A DNA stretch of 61,190 nt, filler included, from 8 parts of 8 records of this genome joined end to end with filler, not necessarily neighbours in it; one strand, 5' to 3'; positions 39,886-50,613 are shown, numbered from the whole stretch's first letter. Numbers and translations are program-made. The notes: a model not told the origin generated them from the letters alone.

Positions 39886-40254
39886 AGGGGACCTCCGTTT
39901 CTTCCCCATGGATCATGCTCCAATGGGGGGTGTCTGGTGGTTGTCCTTTGACCGCCCAAAATAGAGAAACGCTTTTCAACTCAAGGCAAAGTGAACCCGA
40001 AAAAGAAGAGATACTGTGGAACCGTGTCGCCGAATACCATATTTACCCTTCACCAACAAGTTATCGACTGCAATCGGGGGAATTTGGGGGGTTGCTAAAA
40101 ACCTTTCCAAATAATAGCAACATCTGAACCGGGTGTAAAGCACGGGAACACGGAAAGATACGCCTTTTCCGCCCCTTGGAAAAAAACATGGAAAATGATG
40201 ATGATTCCCTGTATAGTCCCTTTTTTTCAAATTCAACCCAGATGGAGGAAACCA

Positions 40255-40956
40255 ATGCCGGACAAAACCCGTACGGTTATGCCGGGAAAAACCAAACAAA
40301 CGGTAACCACCCGGGAGGGAGCCACCTTGACGGTACCGGCGGAATGGGAGCTGTTGCCCCCGGGTGATGCGGCCCTGACAAGACGGGTCAAACAAACGGG
40401 CGTCCACTGGCAGGTCCAGGTGAAGCGGGGACGACGCACCTTTTCCCAGGGAGTGTGGGCCCCGAAAGAAAGGATCGAAACCGCAACGGAATACGTAAAA
40501 ACCCGAAGGGCCGATCCCGCCCACCAGCGGCGCCTGAAACAGGGCCGGGTAAGACGGGAGAAAAAGCAGGCGGCCTATGTCATCGATTTTTACGACACCG
40601 TGCTGAAGGAGCTCCATTTCCATCCACGGTTCTCAGCACTTGCCCAGGGGCTTGCACGGGCCGTCACCGACCATGCGGTTCCGGTTGGCAGCAACACCGT
40701 GGCAAGGACCGAACGCATCCCCGTGGAAGACCGTGCCAGGGCCGCCGTCATTGCCTGGATGCGCCACCACACCACCGGCTACGACACCATGACGATCCCC
40801 AGGATCAAAGGACAGCGGCGCAAGGTTCGGCAGCAGCTGGCCCGGGAATCCCAGCGCCTGCTGGACCGGTACCGGTCGGGGGAACAGATCGATAAGGATA
40901 CCTGCCCCCTGCGCCTGGCCCTGGAAAAACTTGACACCGCACCCGCCCCCCAATAG
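40255..40956 (+). CDS. DUF2293 domain protein
   Basis: 'VGSNTVART...AAVIAWMRHHTTGYD'. ATG 40255 follows GGAGG. Confidence 0.75.
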   Translation: MPDKTRTVMPGKTKQTVTTREGATLTVPAEWELLPPGDAALTRRVKQTGVHWQVQVKRGRRTFSQGVWAPKERIETATEYVKTRRADPAHQRRLKQGRVRREKKQAAYVIDFYDTVLKELHFHPRFSALAQGLARAVTDHAVPVGSNTVARTERIPVEDRARAAVIAWMRHHTTGYDTMTIPRIKGQRRKVRQQLARESQRLLDRYRSGEQIDKDTCPLRLALEKLDTAPAPQ

Positions 40957-41003
40957 GGAGCCGGGAACCTTCTCATCTTGCCGTCATTTCAACTTGAAAG
41001 GCG

Positions 41004-41963
41004 TCACACCACGCCCAGCCCAAACCAGGCGGCAAGGGCCAGGGTGGCAGGGATCGTCAGGATGCACAACAGGGTGGAAACGAGGATGGCGGCGGAACTT
41101 CCGGCCTCGTAAACCCCATAATCCTTTGCGACCATGTAGGCCACCATGGCGGTTGGCAGGCCGGAAAGAAGAACGCCCATGATCAGCCAGTCCCCGGAGA
41201 CATGGAAGGCAATAAGGAAGAGCGCCGCCAGGATGGGCTGGACAACCATCTTGACAAGATTGACAGAGACAAGATCCGCGAAAGAGATGGATAACCCGGT
41301 TTGGCCGATCACCATTCCCATGGCAAAGAGGGCGCAGGGCACGGAAGCCATGCCAAAGTCGTGGCAAAAGATCCCAACCGCCCCGGGCAGTTTCAATCCA
41401 AGGACCGAAAACAGGATGCCCCCAAAAGAAGCCCCGATGATGGGCGTCTTCACAAGGGAGAAAAAGACCGTCATAAAGGTACAAAAGGGATGTTTCCCTT
41501 TTTCCGCCCTGTGAAACTCGAGTTTGCCGATTGCCAGGACGAGCACGGCCGTGGGCAACAGGGTTGCCAGGGTGACGGCGATAACCGCATGGGGATTGCC
41601 GTCAAAAATCGACAGCAGGATGGGAAACCCGAGGTAGGCGGTATTGGGAAAACTGGCGGATGCCGAACGAAGCCCGCCCTCGGTGAAATGGCTCCTGAAG
41701 GATAAACAGGAGACAATAAACATGATGAGGTAGGCGCCGAGCATGGCCAGGGTGAACCCTGCCATGAAATTCCATTGCAATATCTCCCGGGCAGGAGAAC
41801 CGGCCAAAGACCCGAAGATAAGACAGGGAAGGGTAAACCTGAATACAAATGTGTTGAGAACCGCTGCGCTGTTTTGGGGAAGCAGCGCCCTTTTGCCCGC
41901 GGCAAAACCGAACCCCATGGTCGCAAAGAGCGGCACAAGGGTATTTACCATTATCGTGAACAT
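41004..41963 (-). CDS. AEC (auxin efflux carrier) family transporter
   Basis: 'LNTFVFRFTLP', 'FPNTAYLGFP', 'PCALFAMG', 'KMVVQP', 'LPTA'. About 10 TM. Confidence 0.88.
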   Translation of the reverse strand: MFTIMVNTLVPLFATMGFGFAAGKRALLPQNSAAVLNTFVFRFTLPCLIFGSLAGSPAREILQWNFMAGFTLAMLGAYLIMFIVSCLSFRSHFTEGGLRSASASFPNTAYLGFPILLSIFDGNPHAVIAVTLATLLPTAVLVLAIGKLEFHRAEKGKHPFCTFMTVFFSLVKTPIIGASFGGILFSVLGLKLPGAVGIFCHDFGMASVPCALFAMGMVIGQTGLSISFADLVSVNLVKMVVQPILAALFLIAFHVSGDWLIMGVLLSGLPTAMVAYMVAKDYGVYEAGSSAAILVSTLLCILTIPATLALAAWFGLGVV

Positions 41964-42132
41964 ATCCCTCCGGCAGGAGCTGTCGCATCACCTTTAGACG
42001 GAAGCGACGCCCTGGAAATCAAATTGCCATGGACCGGCATCTCTGCTAACCTGCCAGCCCGATCCGTAAAAAAACGGAGGCAACTGTAGAGTGTCCGGAT
42101 CAAAAACTCAACCCATTAATCGTGAACAAGAT

Positions 42133-42147
42133 ATTAGAAAAACTAAT
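42133..42147. promoter_or_regulatory. LysR T-N11-A recognition site
   Basis: Palindrome ATTAG-AAAAA-CTAAT overlapping the LysR start codon, in a divergent LysR/target arrangement. Confidence 0.6.
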
Positions 42148-43039
42148 GAGCAAAAAACTGCCGCCACTCAATGCCCTTGTCTTTTTTGAAGCCGTAGCCA
42201 AACACCTGAGCTTTACCGCTGCCGCAAAAGAACTCTGCGTCACCCAGGGAGCGGTGAGCCAGCAGATCAAGAAACTCGAGGAATTTCTCGGGGTGCGGCT
42301 CTTTATCCGGGTTCACCGGGGACTTGTCCTGACCGCCCCCGGCACCGAATATCTTCCGGCCGTGACCGAGGCCCTGGACCGGATCAGGATCGCCACCGCC
42401 GCCTTTGAGAGCAAGGTTCCCAAGGGCGTGCTGTCGGTGAACGCCTCCCCCAACTTTGCCAACAAGTGGCTTGTTCCCAAGTTCCACCGCTTTTACAAGC
42501 GCTATCCAGACATCGATCTGAGAATCAGCGCCACCCCCATCAGAACCGAGTTCGGCAAGGAGGATATCGACATCGCCATCCGCTTCGGCCGGGGCCCCTG
42601 GCCCGGAGTCGATTCCACCAGGCTCGCCCCGGAACGGGTCCATGCCGTGTGCAGTCCCGATCTGCTCACTGGGGACCGGCCCCTGAACACCTTAGAGAAC
42701 CTGATCCACTATCCCCTGCTGAGAAACGCGGATCAGAATCTCTGGCCCCTGTGGCTCCAGGCCGCTGACCTGGAACCGTCCCGGATGCAGGTCGGTCCCA
42801 TGTTCAACATGCTCTACATGACGATCCAGGCAGCCATCAACGGCCAGGGGGTGGCCCTTGCCGGTTCCACCCTGGCGGCCGACGACCTTGGGGCCGGACG
42901 GCTGGTGGCGCCGTTCAAGCTCGAAGTGGCGTCCCCGGAGGCCTACTGGTTTGTATGCCCCCGGGCAAAGGCCCTGGAGCCCAAGGTGGCCGCTTTCAAG
43001 AGCTGGCTCTTTTCCGAGATCGAACAGACGTCCCCTTAG
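42146..43039 (+). CDS. LysR-family regulator, GcvA-like
   Basis: 'LPPLNAL..FEAVAKHLSFTAAAKELCVTQGAVSQQIKKLE', 'FANKWLVP', 'DIAIRFG'. Confidence 0.92.
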   Translation: MSKKLPPLNALVFFEAVAKHLSFTAAAKELCVTQGAVSQQIKKLEEFLGVRLFIRVHRGLVLTAPGTEYLPAVTEALDRIRIATAAFESKVPKGVLSVNASPNFANKWLVPKFHRFYKRYPDIDLRISATPIRTEFGKEDIDIAIRFGRGPWPGVDSTRLAPERVHAVCSPDLLTGDRPLNTLENLIHYPLLRNADQNLWPLWLQAADLEPSRMQVGPMFNMLYMTIQAAINGQGVALAGSTLAADDLGAGRLVAPFKLEVASPEAYWFVCPRAKALEPKVAAFKSWLFSEIEQTSP

Positions 43040-43067
43040 CACAATCAAGCCCTGGTGACAGCGTATA

Positions 43068-46000
43068 TCAAACCGTCTTTTCCGCCACGGCCGGTCTTTC
43101 TTTTCCGGCGAACAGGCCATGGAAATCCTCGAGCACCACGTACAGGGCCGGAATGAGGATCAGGGTGATCAGTGTGCTGAAAAGAATCCCGAAACCAAGG
43201 CTGATGGCCATGGGGATCAGGAACTGGGCCTGGACGCTGGTTTCCAGAATCATGGGCATAAGGCCGAAAAAGGTGGTCAAGGACGTGAGGAGGATCGGCC
43301 GGAACCGTCTCACCCCCGCACCGATGACGGCGTCCCGGATATTCCGGCCCGCCCTGCGGTTTCCATTGATCTTGTCGATGATCAGGATCGCGTCATTGAT
43401 CACCACCCCGGAGAGCGCCACCAGGCCGAACATGCTTAGCATGCTCAGGTTATATCCCATGAGCAGATGGCCGAATATGGCCCCCACCACACCAAAGGGA
43501 ATCGCCACCATGATCAGCAGGGGCTGGGTGTAGCTCCGGAAGGGTATCGCCATCAGGGCATAGATGGCGAACAGGGCGAGCAGAAATCCCTCCCTCATGC
43601 TGCCGGCCACCTCCCGCTTTTCCTTTTCCTCTCCCACCAGATCAAAGGTCAGGCCGGGATGGTCGGCGGAAAGTGCGGGGAGCAGTCCCGTCTTCAGTTC
43701 GCCAAGGATCTCCTGGGCATTGGCCCGGCTGCTGTCCACACTGGCGGTGACATTGATCACCCGCTTGCGGTCCGTGCGGTTGATCTCGGAAAATCCCCGG
43801 CTCTCGATCATGATCCCGGCCCGGGGCAGGGGAATCTCCCCCCCTTCCGGCGTGCGGATCCGCATGGAAGTAAGGTCCCTAAGGTTTTTCCGGTCCGCTT
43901 CCGGGTAGCGCACCATCACCTTAACCTCATTCCGGGCGATCTGGAGTCTCAGGGCTTCGGCACCGTAGAATGCGCCCCGCACCTGACGGGCCAGGTCCTG
44001 CTCGGTGATCCCAAGGGTTCTGGCCTCGGGGGTGAGCTTGAGTTTCAGCTCCTTCTTGCCCCTGGAATAACTGTCCTCGATGTCCGTGACACCGGGATAG
44101 CGGGAAAGCGTTTCTCTGATCCGTTGGGCCACCCGTTCCAGGATGGAAAAATCGGTGTGGGCCATCTGGATATCGATATTGGCGCCCATTCTCACCAGGT
44201 TTGAAGAAATGGTGAGGCTGTCTGCGCCCGGGACCTCCCCGATCTTCTCCCGCCAGCGATCGGTGATGGCGGCCACGGGGTAATTGCGTGTTTCACTTTC
44301 CGTGAGCAACAGGGCCACATTGGACAGATGGGCGGCGGAGGTGGACTGCCCGCCGGCGGGACCGCCCCTTGCGATGGTTCCCCCGGCAACCCGGTAGATA
44401 TGCCGGACAATCCCCGCTTCCCCGGGGCGCGTTGCCTCGATCTCCTCCGCCGTTTCAAGGGCTTTGGCCACGATCATCCTGCCGATCCGGTCGGTCTCGG
44501 CAACCGGGGTTCCCGGCGGCATGGCAAGGGAGACGGTGATCACATCGCCGTCCACCTCCGGCATAAACGTGAACTTGAGGAAGCCGCCCCGGATCAGCCC
44601 CACGGAAAGCAACAGCAGGGTCAGGGCCACGGCCACGGTGCAATACCGGTATTCGATGGCAAGGGTTATGAGACGGTGAAAGGGTCCGCGGATGAACTTC
44701 TCAAGCTTCCTGCCAAAGGCGACCCGGACGCCTTCCAGGGCCCTGAGGACGATGTTGCTCCGTTTGTTTTTACGGCCGTTTTCACCCGAAGAAAGGTGGG
44801 CGGGCAGGACCAGCAGGGATTCCACCAGGGAGACCAGCAGCAGGGTGATTACCACCAGGGGAATGGCCTTCATGAATTTTCCCATGGTGCCGCTGACAAA
44901 GGCCAGGGGCAAAAAGGCCGCCACAGTGGTGAGGATGGAAAAGGTGACGGGCACACACACCTCCAGGGTGCCGTCCAGGGCAGCCTGACAAAAGGGTTTT
45001 CCCTTTTGCCGGTGTTCGAAGATGTTCTCCCCCACCACAATGGCATCGTCCACAAGGATGCCCAGGGCAAGGATGAATGCGAACAGGGACATCATGTTCA
45101 CGGACACGTCCAGCATGGGCAGGATAAAAAGGGCGCCCATGAAAGAAATGGGAATCCCCAGCATGACCCAGAGGGCCAGGCGGATCTCCAGGAACAGGCC
45201 CAGGACAACGATGACCAGAAACAAGCCCATCCAGGCGTTCTTGTAGAGCAGGTTCATCCGGCTCTCCAGGATCTCCGAAGAATCGTTCCAGGCGGCCACG
45301 TGGATGGCGTCCGGGAATTCGCGTTCCTTCTCCATCACATACCCATTGACAAGGGCCGATATCTCCGTGGGTTTCTGGTCGCCCACCCGGTACACCTTGA
45401 TCATGGCCGCGGGCTTTCCGTCGAACCGGGCAAACAGGTCGGTTTCCTCAAAGGTGTCCTTCACCCGGGCGATATCCCCCAGGCGGACCCTTGTGCCATC
45501 CCGGTCCGCCACGATCACAATCTCCTCGTATTCAACGCCCCGGTACCGTTTTTCCTTGGTTCTCAACAGGATCTCGCCCCCCCGGGTGCGGATGTTCCCG
45601 CCGGGAAGGTCCAGGGACGCCTGGCGGATGCGCCGGGCCACCTGGTCCAGGGTAAGGTTGTAACGCCGGAGATTCTCCTCCGGGATCTCAACGGAGATCT
45701 CATAGGGCCTCACGCCCCCCAGGTCCACCTGGGTGATACCGTCAAAATCCAGCAGCTCCTCCCGGATGGTTTCCGCCTGTTCCCGCAGGGTTCGCTCGGT
45801 GACATCCCCGTAGACCACCACGGAAATCACTTCCCTGAGATTGAGAAGCTTGGTGACCACGGGCTTTTCCGCATCCTCGGGAAAGGTGACGATGCGATCC
45901 ACCTCACTCTTGATCTCCTGAAGGATCCGGTCCGCGTTTTCCCCCTTTCTCAGCTCGGCCGTCACCGTGCCCAGCCCTTCGGAGGCCACGGAGTTGATCT

Positions 46001-46238
46001 CCTTGATGCCGTCGATACCGGTGAGGTTGTCCTCTATCTTGAGGATGATGCCCTCCTCCACCTCTTCGGGACCGGCACCGGGGTAGGAAACCGACACCTG
46101 GATCTTGTCCAGGGTCACTTCAGGGAACACTTCCTGCTTGATGCTCGCCGCCATGATGAGCCCCCCCACCACAAACACCATCATCAGCAGGTTGGCCGCC
46201 ACATGGTTTGATACCATCCATTTTACTGCGCTCTTCAT
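43068..46238 (-). CDS. RND efflux transporter permease (AcrB-like)
   Basis: 1056 aa, 12 TM with two large periplasmic loops, 'GILVDDAIVVGEN', 'RFRPILLTSLTT'. Confidence 0.95.
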   Translation of the reverse strand: MKSAVKWMVSNHVAANLLMMVFVVGGLIMAASIKQEVFPEVTLDKIQVSVSYPGAGPEEVEEGIILKIEDNLTGIDGIKEINSVASEGLGTVTAELRKGENADRILQEIKSEVDRIVTFPEDAEKPVVTKLLNLREVISVVVYGDVTERTLREQAETIREELLDFDGITQVDLGGVRPYEISVEIPEENLRRYNLTLDQVARRIRQASLDLPGGNIRTRGGEILLRTKEKRYRGVEYEEIVIVADRDGTRVRLGDIARVKDTFEETDLFARFDGKPAAMIKVYRVGDQKPTEISALVNGYVMEKEREFPDAIHVAAWNDSSEILESRMNLLYKNAWMGLFLVIVVLGLFLEIRLALWVMLGIPISFMGALFILPMLDVSVNMMSLFAFILALGILVDDAIVVGENIFEHRQKGKPFCQAALDGTLEVCVPVTFSILTTVAAFLPLAFVSGTMGKFMKAIPLVVITLLLVSLVESLLVLPAHLSSGENGRKNKRSNIVLRALEGVRVAFGRKLEKFIRGPFHRLITLAIEYRYCTVAVALTLLLLSVGLIRGGFLKFTFMPEVDGDVITVSLAMPPGTPVAETDRIGRMIVAKALETAEEIEATRPGEAGIVRHIYRVAGGTIARGGPAGGQSTSAAHLSNVALLLTESETRNYPVAAITDRWREKIGEVPGADSLTISSNLVRMGANIDIQMAHTDFSILERVAQRIRETLSRYPGVTDIEDSYSRGKKELKLKLTPEARTLGITEQDLARQVRGAFYGAEALRLQIARNEVKVMVRYPEADRKNLRDLTSMRIRTPEGGEIPLPRAGIMIESRGFSEINRTDRKRVINVTASVDSSRANAQEILGELKTGLLPALSADHPGLTFDLVGEEKEKREVAGSMREGFLLALFAIYALMAIPFRSYTQPLLIMVAIPFGVVGAIFGHLLMGYNLSMLSMFGLVALSGVVINDAILIIDKINGNRRAGRNIRDAVIGAGVRRFRPILLTSLTTFFGLMPMILETSVQAQFLIPMAISLGFGILFSTLITLILIPALYVVLEDFHGLFAGKERPAVAEKTV

Positions 46239-47416
46239 CCCTGCCCCTCCTGTCCTTCACGGAGTTTCATGCCCTGGGCCGCACCGGAGATATGGGTGAG
46301 GACGAGTTTCTCTTCTTCCCCAAGCCCGCTTCCGATAAGCACGTTTTCCCGTTCCTTCCGGAGGACGGAAACCTTGCGGATCTCCAGCAGGTTGTCTTCG
46401 TTCATCACCCACACGGTGTTTCCTTCCCTCAGTGTATCCGCCGGAATGGGGATCACCTTCTCCAGGGGAGTGCCTGCCATGGTCACGTCAACAAAGAGCC
46501 CCTCGGCAAGATCCATGGAAGCGGCCCTGCCGTTCCCGGAAAGTCCGTAGGGATCTGTCACGCCCACCACCAGCCGAAGCATCCGGCCCTTGGGATCCAC
46601 CTCCCCCAGGCTCCGGTGAACCGTTCCCTGCCAGGAAACCTCGCCACCGCCCAGGGAGATGGAGACTTCGGCAGGGGCGCTCCGGCCCTGCCCGTTTCTC
46701 GGCACGGACAGCCATTTCAGTTCCCCCAGGGGAACCGGCACCACGATCTCGGCCACGTCGGTGCCGATGACCACCAGGGAAGTGGTGCCTGCGGCCACAT
46801 ACTGGCCCAGATCAATGTTTTTTTCCCGGATACGGCAATTGAACGGCGCGTATACCCGGGTACGCCGGATATCCAGAAGACGCTGGGACAGGTCGGCCCT
46901 GGCGGAGGCGAGGCTCGCCTTTGCCTCCTTGAGCTGGGGCGTGTAGAGCACCAGGGGATTGGGGTTCTCCTTTTGGTCCAGGGGAATCCGGTCCCACTCC
47001 ATGCGGGCCACCCGGGCCTGGCTTTCCACCTGGGCCAGGTTGTACTCGGCTTTTGCAAGGCTGGCCCGGCTCTTTTCCGCCAAAAGCTTGTAGTCCGCCG
47101 ATTCAATGGTAAAGAGCAGGTCGCCCTTTTTAAAGAATCCCCCGGTAAACAAGGCGTCTGCCAGATGGACCACCTTCCCGCTCACCTGGGGAGCGATCTT
47201 TGCCTCCCGCCGGGGCTGAACCGTTCCTGTGGCATGGACGGACACCGGCCACGATACGGATTTTACCCCCATGGTTTCCACCAGGGTGCCGGCAATCACC
47301 GGGGCCTCCTTGACGGGCGGAGTCTTTGAAAGCGCCATGATCTGCATGCCAAGGAATCCGCCTGCCACGATCAGAAGGGGAAGTATGAATTTTACAGCAA
47401 TTTGTCTTATTTTCAT
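46235..47416 (-). CDS. RND periplasmic adaptor (membrane fusion protein)
   Basis: N-terminal TM, 'IAPQVSGKV', coiled hairpin, 'VYAPFNCRI'. Confidence 0.92.
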   Translation of the reverse strand: MKIRQIAVKFILPLLIVAGGFLGMQIMALSKTPPVKEAPVIAGTLVETMGVKSVSWPVSVHATGTVQPRREAKIAPQVSGKVVHLADALFTGGFFKKGDLLFTIESADYKLLAEKSRASLAKAEYNLAQVESQARVARMEWDRIPLDQKENPNPLVLYTPQLKEAKASLASARADLSQRLLDIRRTRVYAPFNCRIREKNIDLGQYVAAGTTSLVVIGTDVAEIVVPVPLGELKWLSVPRNGQGRSAPAEVSISLGGGEVSWQGTVHRSLGEVDPKGRMLRLVVGVTDPYGLSGNGRAASMDLAEGLFVDVTMAGTPLEKVIPIPADTLREGNTVWVMNEDNLLEIRKVSVLRKERENVLIGSGLGEEEKLVLTHISGAAQGMKLREGQEGQG

Positions 47417-47426
47417 GGGTCTATCC

Positions 47427-48872
47427 TTATTTTGAAGCGTTTCGGACCACGCCGGCCCTGGACTCCGTCAGGCGGTTTGCCACCTCTGTGTCCATCCAAT
47501 TCCCTCCCATGGCCCGGGCCAGGGAGATGCGGTCGGCAATGAGTTCCCTGCGGGCGGCCAGCAGGCGGCTCCGGGTGTTGTACTGGGCGCTCTGGGCGGT
47601 GAGCACCGGCAGATAATCGGAAATGCCGTCAAAGTAACGATCCTGGGACAGCCGCAGGGACGCCCGTGCAACAGCGTCCTCGTCTTCCAGCAGCCGTATC
47701 TTTTCAGCGGTGGTCCGGTTTTTCACCAGGGCATCCTCCACCTCCCTGAATGCGGAGATCACGGTTTTCCGGTAGGCTGCCAGGCGCTCGTCATACACGG
47801 CCCGGGTGCGGTCCACCTCTGCCCTGCGGCTGCCCCCGTCCACCAGGGGGGCTGCGAGATTTCCGGCAAGATTCCATACAACCCCGGAAAGAGACTTTCC
47901 GAAATCGGAACCACCCGTCCCCAGTGCCGCCATGAGGTTCACCGAAGGAAAGCGGTCGGCCACGGCCACTCCGATGGAAAGGTCGGCCGCCTTGAGCCGG
48001 ACCAATTCCCTGCGAATATCCGGTCGATTTTTCAAAAGGTCGGAGGGAAGCCCACCGGGAAAGGCAACGGGCAGATCCGGAAGCATCGCCAGGCTACCGC
48101 CCAGGGCGCAGTCGGGGTATCCCCCGGTGAGGATGGACAGGGCATGGGCCGTGGTGGCCAGCCGGGCTTCGAAATCCGGCCGCTGGGACCTGGCGGATGC
48201 GAGATTCTGACGGGCCTGGTAAAGATCCAGGGACGGCACCATCCCCTCCCGGAACCGTTGCTCCACCAGCTCCTGGGTCGCCTTCCTCGCCTGGATGGTC
48301 CGGTCGGTGAGGGCCAGCTGGGCCCGCTGCTCCACCATCAGATAGTACAGATCCGCCACATTGGCCGAAATGGAGAGATACAGGGTACGGATCTCCTCCA
48401 GGGTGGCGGTGCGCCCAAGTTCATCGGCCTCTTTCCGGGACTTGAGCCGGTTCCACACATCCACCTCATACCCGGCGGACAGGGACAGCTCGTGGCTGCC
48501 CCCGGTAATGGTGTCACCCCCGCCCAGCTGCCTTGCCCGGCCGGCTTTGCCGTTCAGGTTCAGGGTGGGGGAAAGGGCGGCGCCGCTCTTCCGGGCAACG
48601 GCATCGGCCTGGTTCAACCGGGCATAGGCCTGCTCCAGATCCAGGTTGCCGGCAAAGGCCACCGCCATCAGGTCGTTGAGGTGCTGATCCCCGAATGCCA
48701 GCCACCACGGTTCCGGCGGCAGGGGGAGCATTTTCGCCGGGGCTTCTTCAAAAGCGTTTGGAATCTCCACATGCAGCGCCGGGTCCGCCGGGGTGTGGAG
48801 GGAACAGCCGGTAAACAGTCCCAGGACCACAATCAAAAGGGTGATTACCATATTATGAGGGGTCAGCTTCAT
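47427..48872 (-). CDS. RND outer-membrane factor lipoprotein (NodT/OprM-like)
   Basis: Lipobox 'LFTGC', 'WWLAFGD', 'YEVDVW', 'LPSDLLKNRPDIR', 'AMGGNW'. Confidence 0.92.
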   Translation of the reverse strand: MKLTPHNMVITLLIVVLGLFTGCSLHTPADPALHVEIPNAFEEAPAKMLPLPPEPWWLAFGDQHLNDLMAVAFAGNLDLEQAYARLNQADAVARKSGAALSPTLNLNGKAGRARQLGGGDTITGGSHELSLSAGYEVDVWNRLKSRKEADELGRTATLEEIRTLYLSISANVADLYYLMVEQRAQLALTDRTIQARKATQELVEQRFREGMVPSLDLYQARQNLASARSQRPDFEARLATTAHALSILTGGYPDCALGGSLAMLPDLPVAFPGGLPSDLLKNRPDIRRELVRLKAADLSIGVAVADRFPSVNLMAALGTGGSDFGKSLSGVVWNLAGNLAAPLVDGGSRRAEVDRTRAVYDERLAAYRKTVISAFREVEDALVKNRTTAEKIRLLEDEDAVARASLRLSQDRYFDGISDYLPVLTAQSAQYNTRSRLLAARRELIADRISLARAMGGNWMDTEVANRLTESRAGVVRNASK

Positions 48873-48873
48873 T

Positions 48874-49515
48874 TCATGCGCCCTCCATTCCGGAGGTGAC
48901 AAATCTGATCAGCTCTTCGTTAATGGCGGAAAAATCCATACTATCGGGGAGTCCGGGAGGCTTTTCTTCACCCAGTTCCATCATTTTGAACATCCGGACG
49001 GTATGGGCCATGGAACCGATGGTGAACATAAGCCGCATGTAGACCACCTCCCTGGAAAGATGGGGAAGCGAATCACAAAGGAGGTGATAAAATTTCATCA
49101 ATGTGGGCCGCATGAGCTCCATGAAATGTTTTCTCTGCACCCCGTTGGTCTCCATGATGCACCGGTTAACCATCATAAAAAACCCCAGGGACTCCGGCAG
49201 ATTGCTTATGAATTCCAGGGTGGGTTCGACAAAGGCCCGGAGGAGTTCTTCCACACCCGGCAGGCGGCCTTCCGTTTCCGCCGTTTCAATCACACGAGCC
49301 AACCGTTCCTCCCGGATCTCGTTGAGGGGGGAAATCCGTCTCCGGAGAATCGCTTCAAAGAGCTTTTCCTTGGAGCCGAAATGGTAATTGACGGCGGCCA
49401 GGTTGGCGCCGGCCCTGGCGGTGATCTCCCGCAGGGAAGTGCAGTGGTAACCATTCTGTGCAAAAAGATACTCACCGGCATCCAAGATCTTATCTCTGGT
49501 AGTGGGTTGGGACAT
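48874..49515 (-). CDS. TetR-family regulator (PsrA/CerR-like)
   Basis: 'TRDKILDAGEYLFAQNGY..TSLREIT..AGANLAAVNYHFGSKE'. First gene of the RND operon. Confidence 0.92.
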   Translation of the reverse strand: MSQPTTRDKILDAGEYLFAQNGYHCTSLREITARAGANLAAVNYHFGSKEKLFEAILRRRISPLNEIREERLARVIETAETEGRLPGVEELLRAFVEPTLEFISNLPESLGFFMMVNRCIMETNGVQRKHFMELMRPTLMKFYHLLCDSLPHLSREVVYMRLMFTIGSMAHTVRMFKMMELGEEKPPGLPDSMDFSAINEELIRFVTSGMEGA

Positions 49516-49538
49516 GGGGTTCACCTTAAAAAAATAAA

Positions 49539-49583
49539 TTAAACGTTTGTTTGAAAACAAGATAATTCAAACGACTGTTTTAA
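49539..49583. promoter_or_regulatory. Tandem TetR operator palindromes (AAAC-N4-GTTT)
   Basis: TAAAC-GTTT-GTTTGAA and TTCAAAC-GACT-GTTTTAA lie just upstream of the tetR start and resemble the PsrA box. Confidence 0.6.
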
Positions 49584-49633
49584 TCAAGCGTTTAATTTAA
49601 ATTTTCATCTCCCTGTTTTAACCATGTAGTCTT

Positions 49634-49769
49634 CTTCATGTTCTTCATGGTAATTAAAAACAACTGCCCGGAGGGCAAACGGCTTTACCATGCAAAATCA
49701 TGTAAAACGATATAAAACTCCCGGTTGACCGGTTGTTATAATTTTACCATGAAGATCATGAAGGACATG
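49634..49769. repeat. Inverted pair of TTACCATGAAG-NN-CATGAAG REP-like repeats
   Basis: The reverse complement of 49634-49653 matches 49744-49763 at 19/20. Internal 9-nt period. The contig ends inside the repeat. Confidence 0.6.
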
Positions 49770-49869
49770 NNNNNNNNNNNNNNNNNNNNNNNNNNNNNNN
49801 NNNNNNNNNNNNNTTAATTAATTAANNNNNNNNNNNNNNNNNNNNNNNNNNNNNNNNNNNNNNNNNNNN

Positions 49870-49897
49870 AGGGGGGATATCATATGATATCCCCCCT
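49870..49897. terminator. Hairpin downstream of pyrE
   Basis: AGGGGGGATATCATATGATATCCCCCCT is a perfect palindrome 20 bp after the pyrE stop. Confidence 0.65.
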
Positions 49898-49917
49898 TTC
49901 TTATGTGGTCAGATAGC

Positions 49918-50613
49918 TTACTCAGGATAAGTGGAAATACCACCGTGGGCGGCAGACCACTCAACGGGGTTGTTGAGGAATTTTTCTACTTCTTCTAGGG
50001 ACTTGGTATCGAAGTACTTTTCTTTCTTGGCAACGTTGAGAATATCCCACCAGTTTGCGAGAGAAAGCATTTCGAGTCCTGCTTCGGCAAGGGTTTCCTT
50101 TGCTTTGGGGAAGATGCCGTAATGGAAGAGCACGAAAGTGTGAGTTACTTCAGCACCAGCTTTGCGCAGGGCCTGTGCGAAGTTGATCTTGCTGCGACCA
50201 TCGGTAGTCAGGTCTTCAACCAGCAGGACTTTTGAACCTTCTGCAAAATCACCTTCGATCTGTGCGTCACGGCCGAATCCTTTGGGTTTTTTGCGTACGT
50301 ACTGCATGGGCAGCATGAGGCGGTCGGAGAGCCATGCGGCGAAGGGAATACCTGCAGTTTCGCCACCGGCAACGCAGTCGATGGATTCGAATCCAACTTC
50401 ACGCAGGATTACGGAAGCACCGAAATCCATCAGGGTCTGACGGACGCGGGGGAAGGAAATGAGCTTGCGGCAGTCAATGTAGACCGGGCTGGCCCAACCG
50501 GAGGTGAACTTGAAAGGCTCATCTGCACGGAAGTGAACTGCTTCTACTTCGATGAGCATTTTCGCTGTGATCTCAGCGATGGTTTCTTTGTCAGGAAAGC
50601 TGGTAGGAACCAT
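49918..50613 (-). CDS. pyrE: Orotate phosphoribosyltransferase (alphaproteobacterial type)
   Basis: '[17 protein letters not shown]', '[10 protein letters not shown]', PRPP motif '[12 protein letters not shown]'. Confidence 0.93.
   Translation of the reverse strand: MVPTSFPDKETIAEITAKMLIEVEAVHFRADEPFKFTSGWASPVYIDCRKLISFPRVRQTLMDFGASVILREVGFESIDCVAGGETAGIPFAAWLSDRLMLPMQYVRKKPKGFGRDAQIEGDFAEGSKVLLVEDLTTDGRSKINFAQALRKAGAEVTHTFVLFHYGIFPKAKETLAEAGLEMLSLANWWDILNVAKKEKYFDTKSLEEVEKFLNNPVEWSAAHGGISTYPE

Noticed and set aside
44328-46211. 627-aa ORF on the + strand (also 23328-24737 and 46208-47329)
   Set aside because: Antisense shadows of high-GC genes (RND permease, TRAP, MFP) with no recognisable motifs.
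43068-49515. RND operon as a novel system
   Set aside because: Ordinary TetR-OMF-MFP-RND organisation. The substrate cannot be inferred from sequence.
8864-49869. Recurring TTAATTAATTAA flanked by N runs, which could look like a repeat family, and functional links between genes across these junctions
   Set aside because: These are artificial 100-bp concatenation linkers. Neighbouring segments come from different organisms, and the ORF-track X runs are artefacts.
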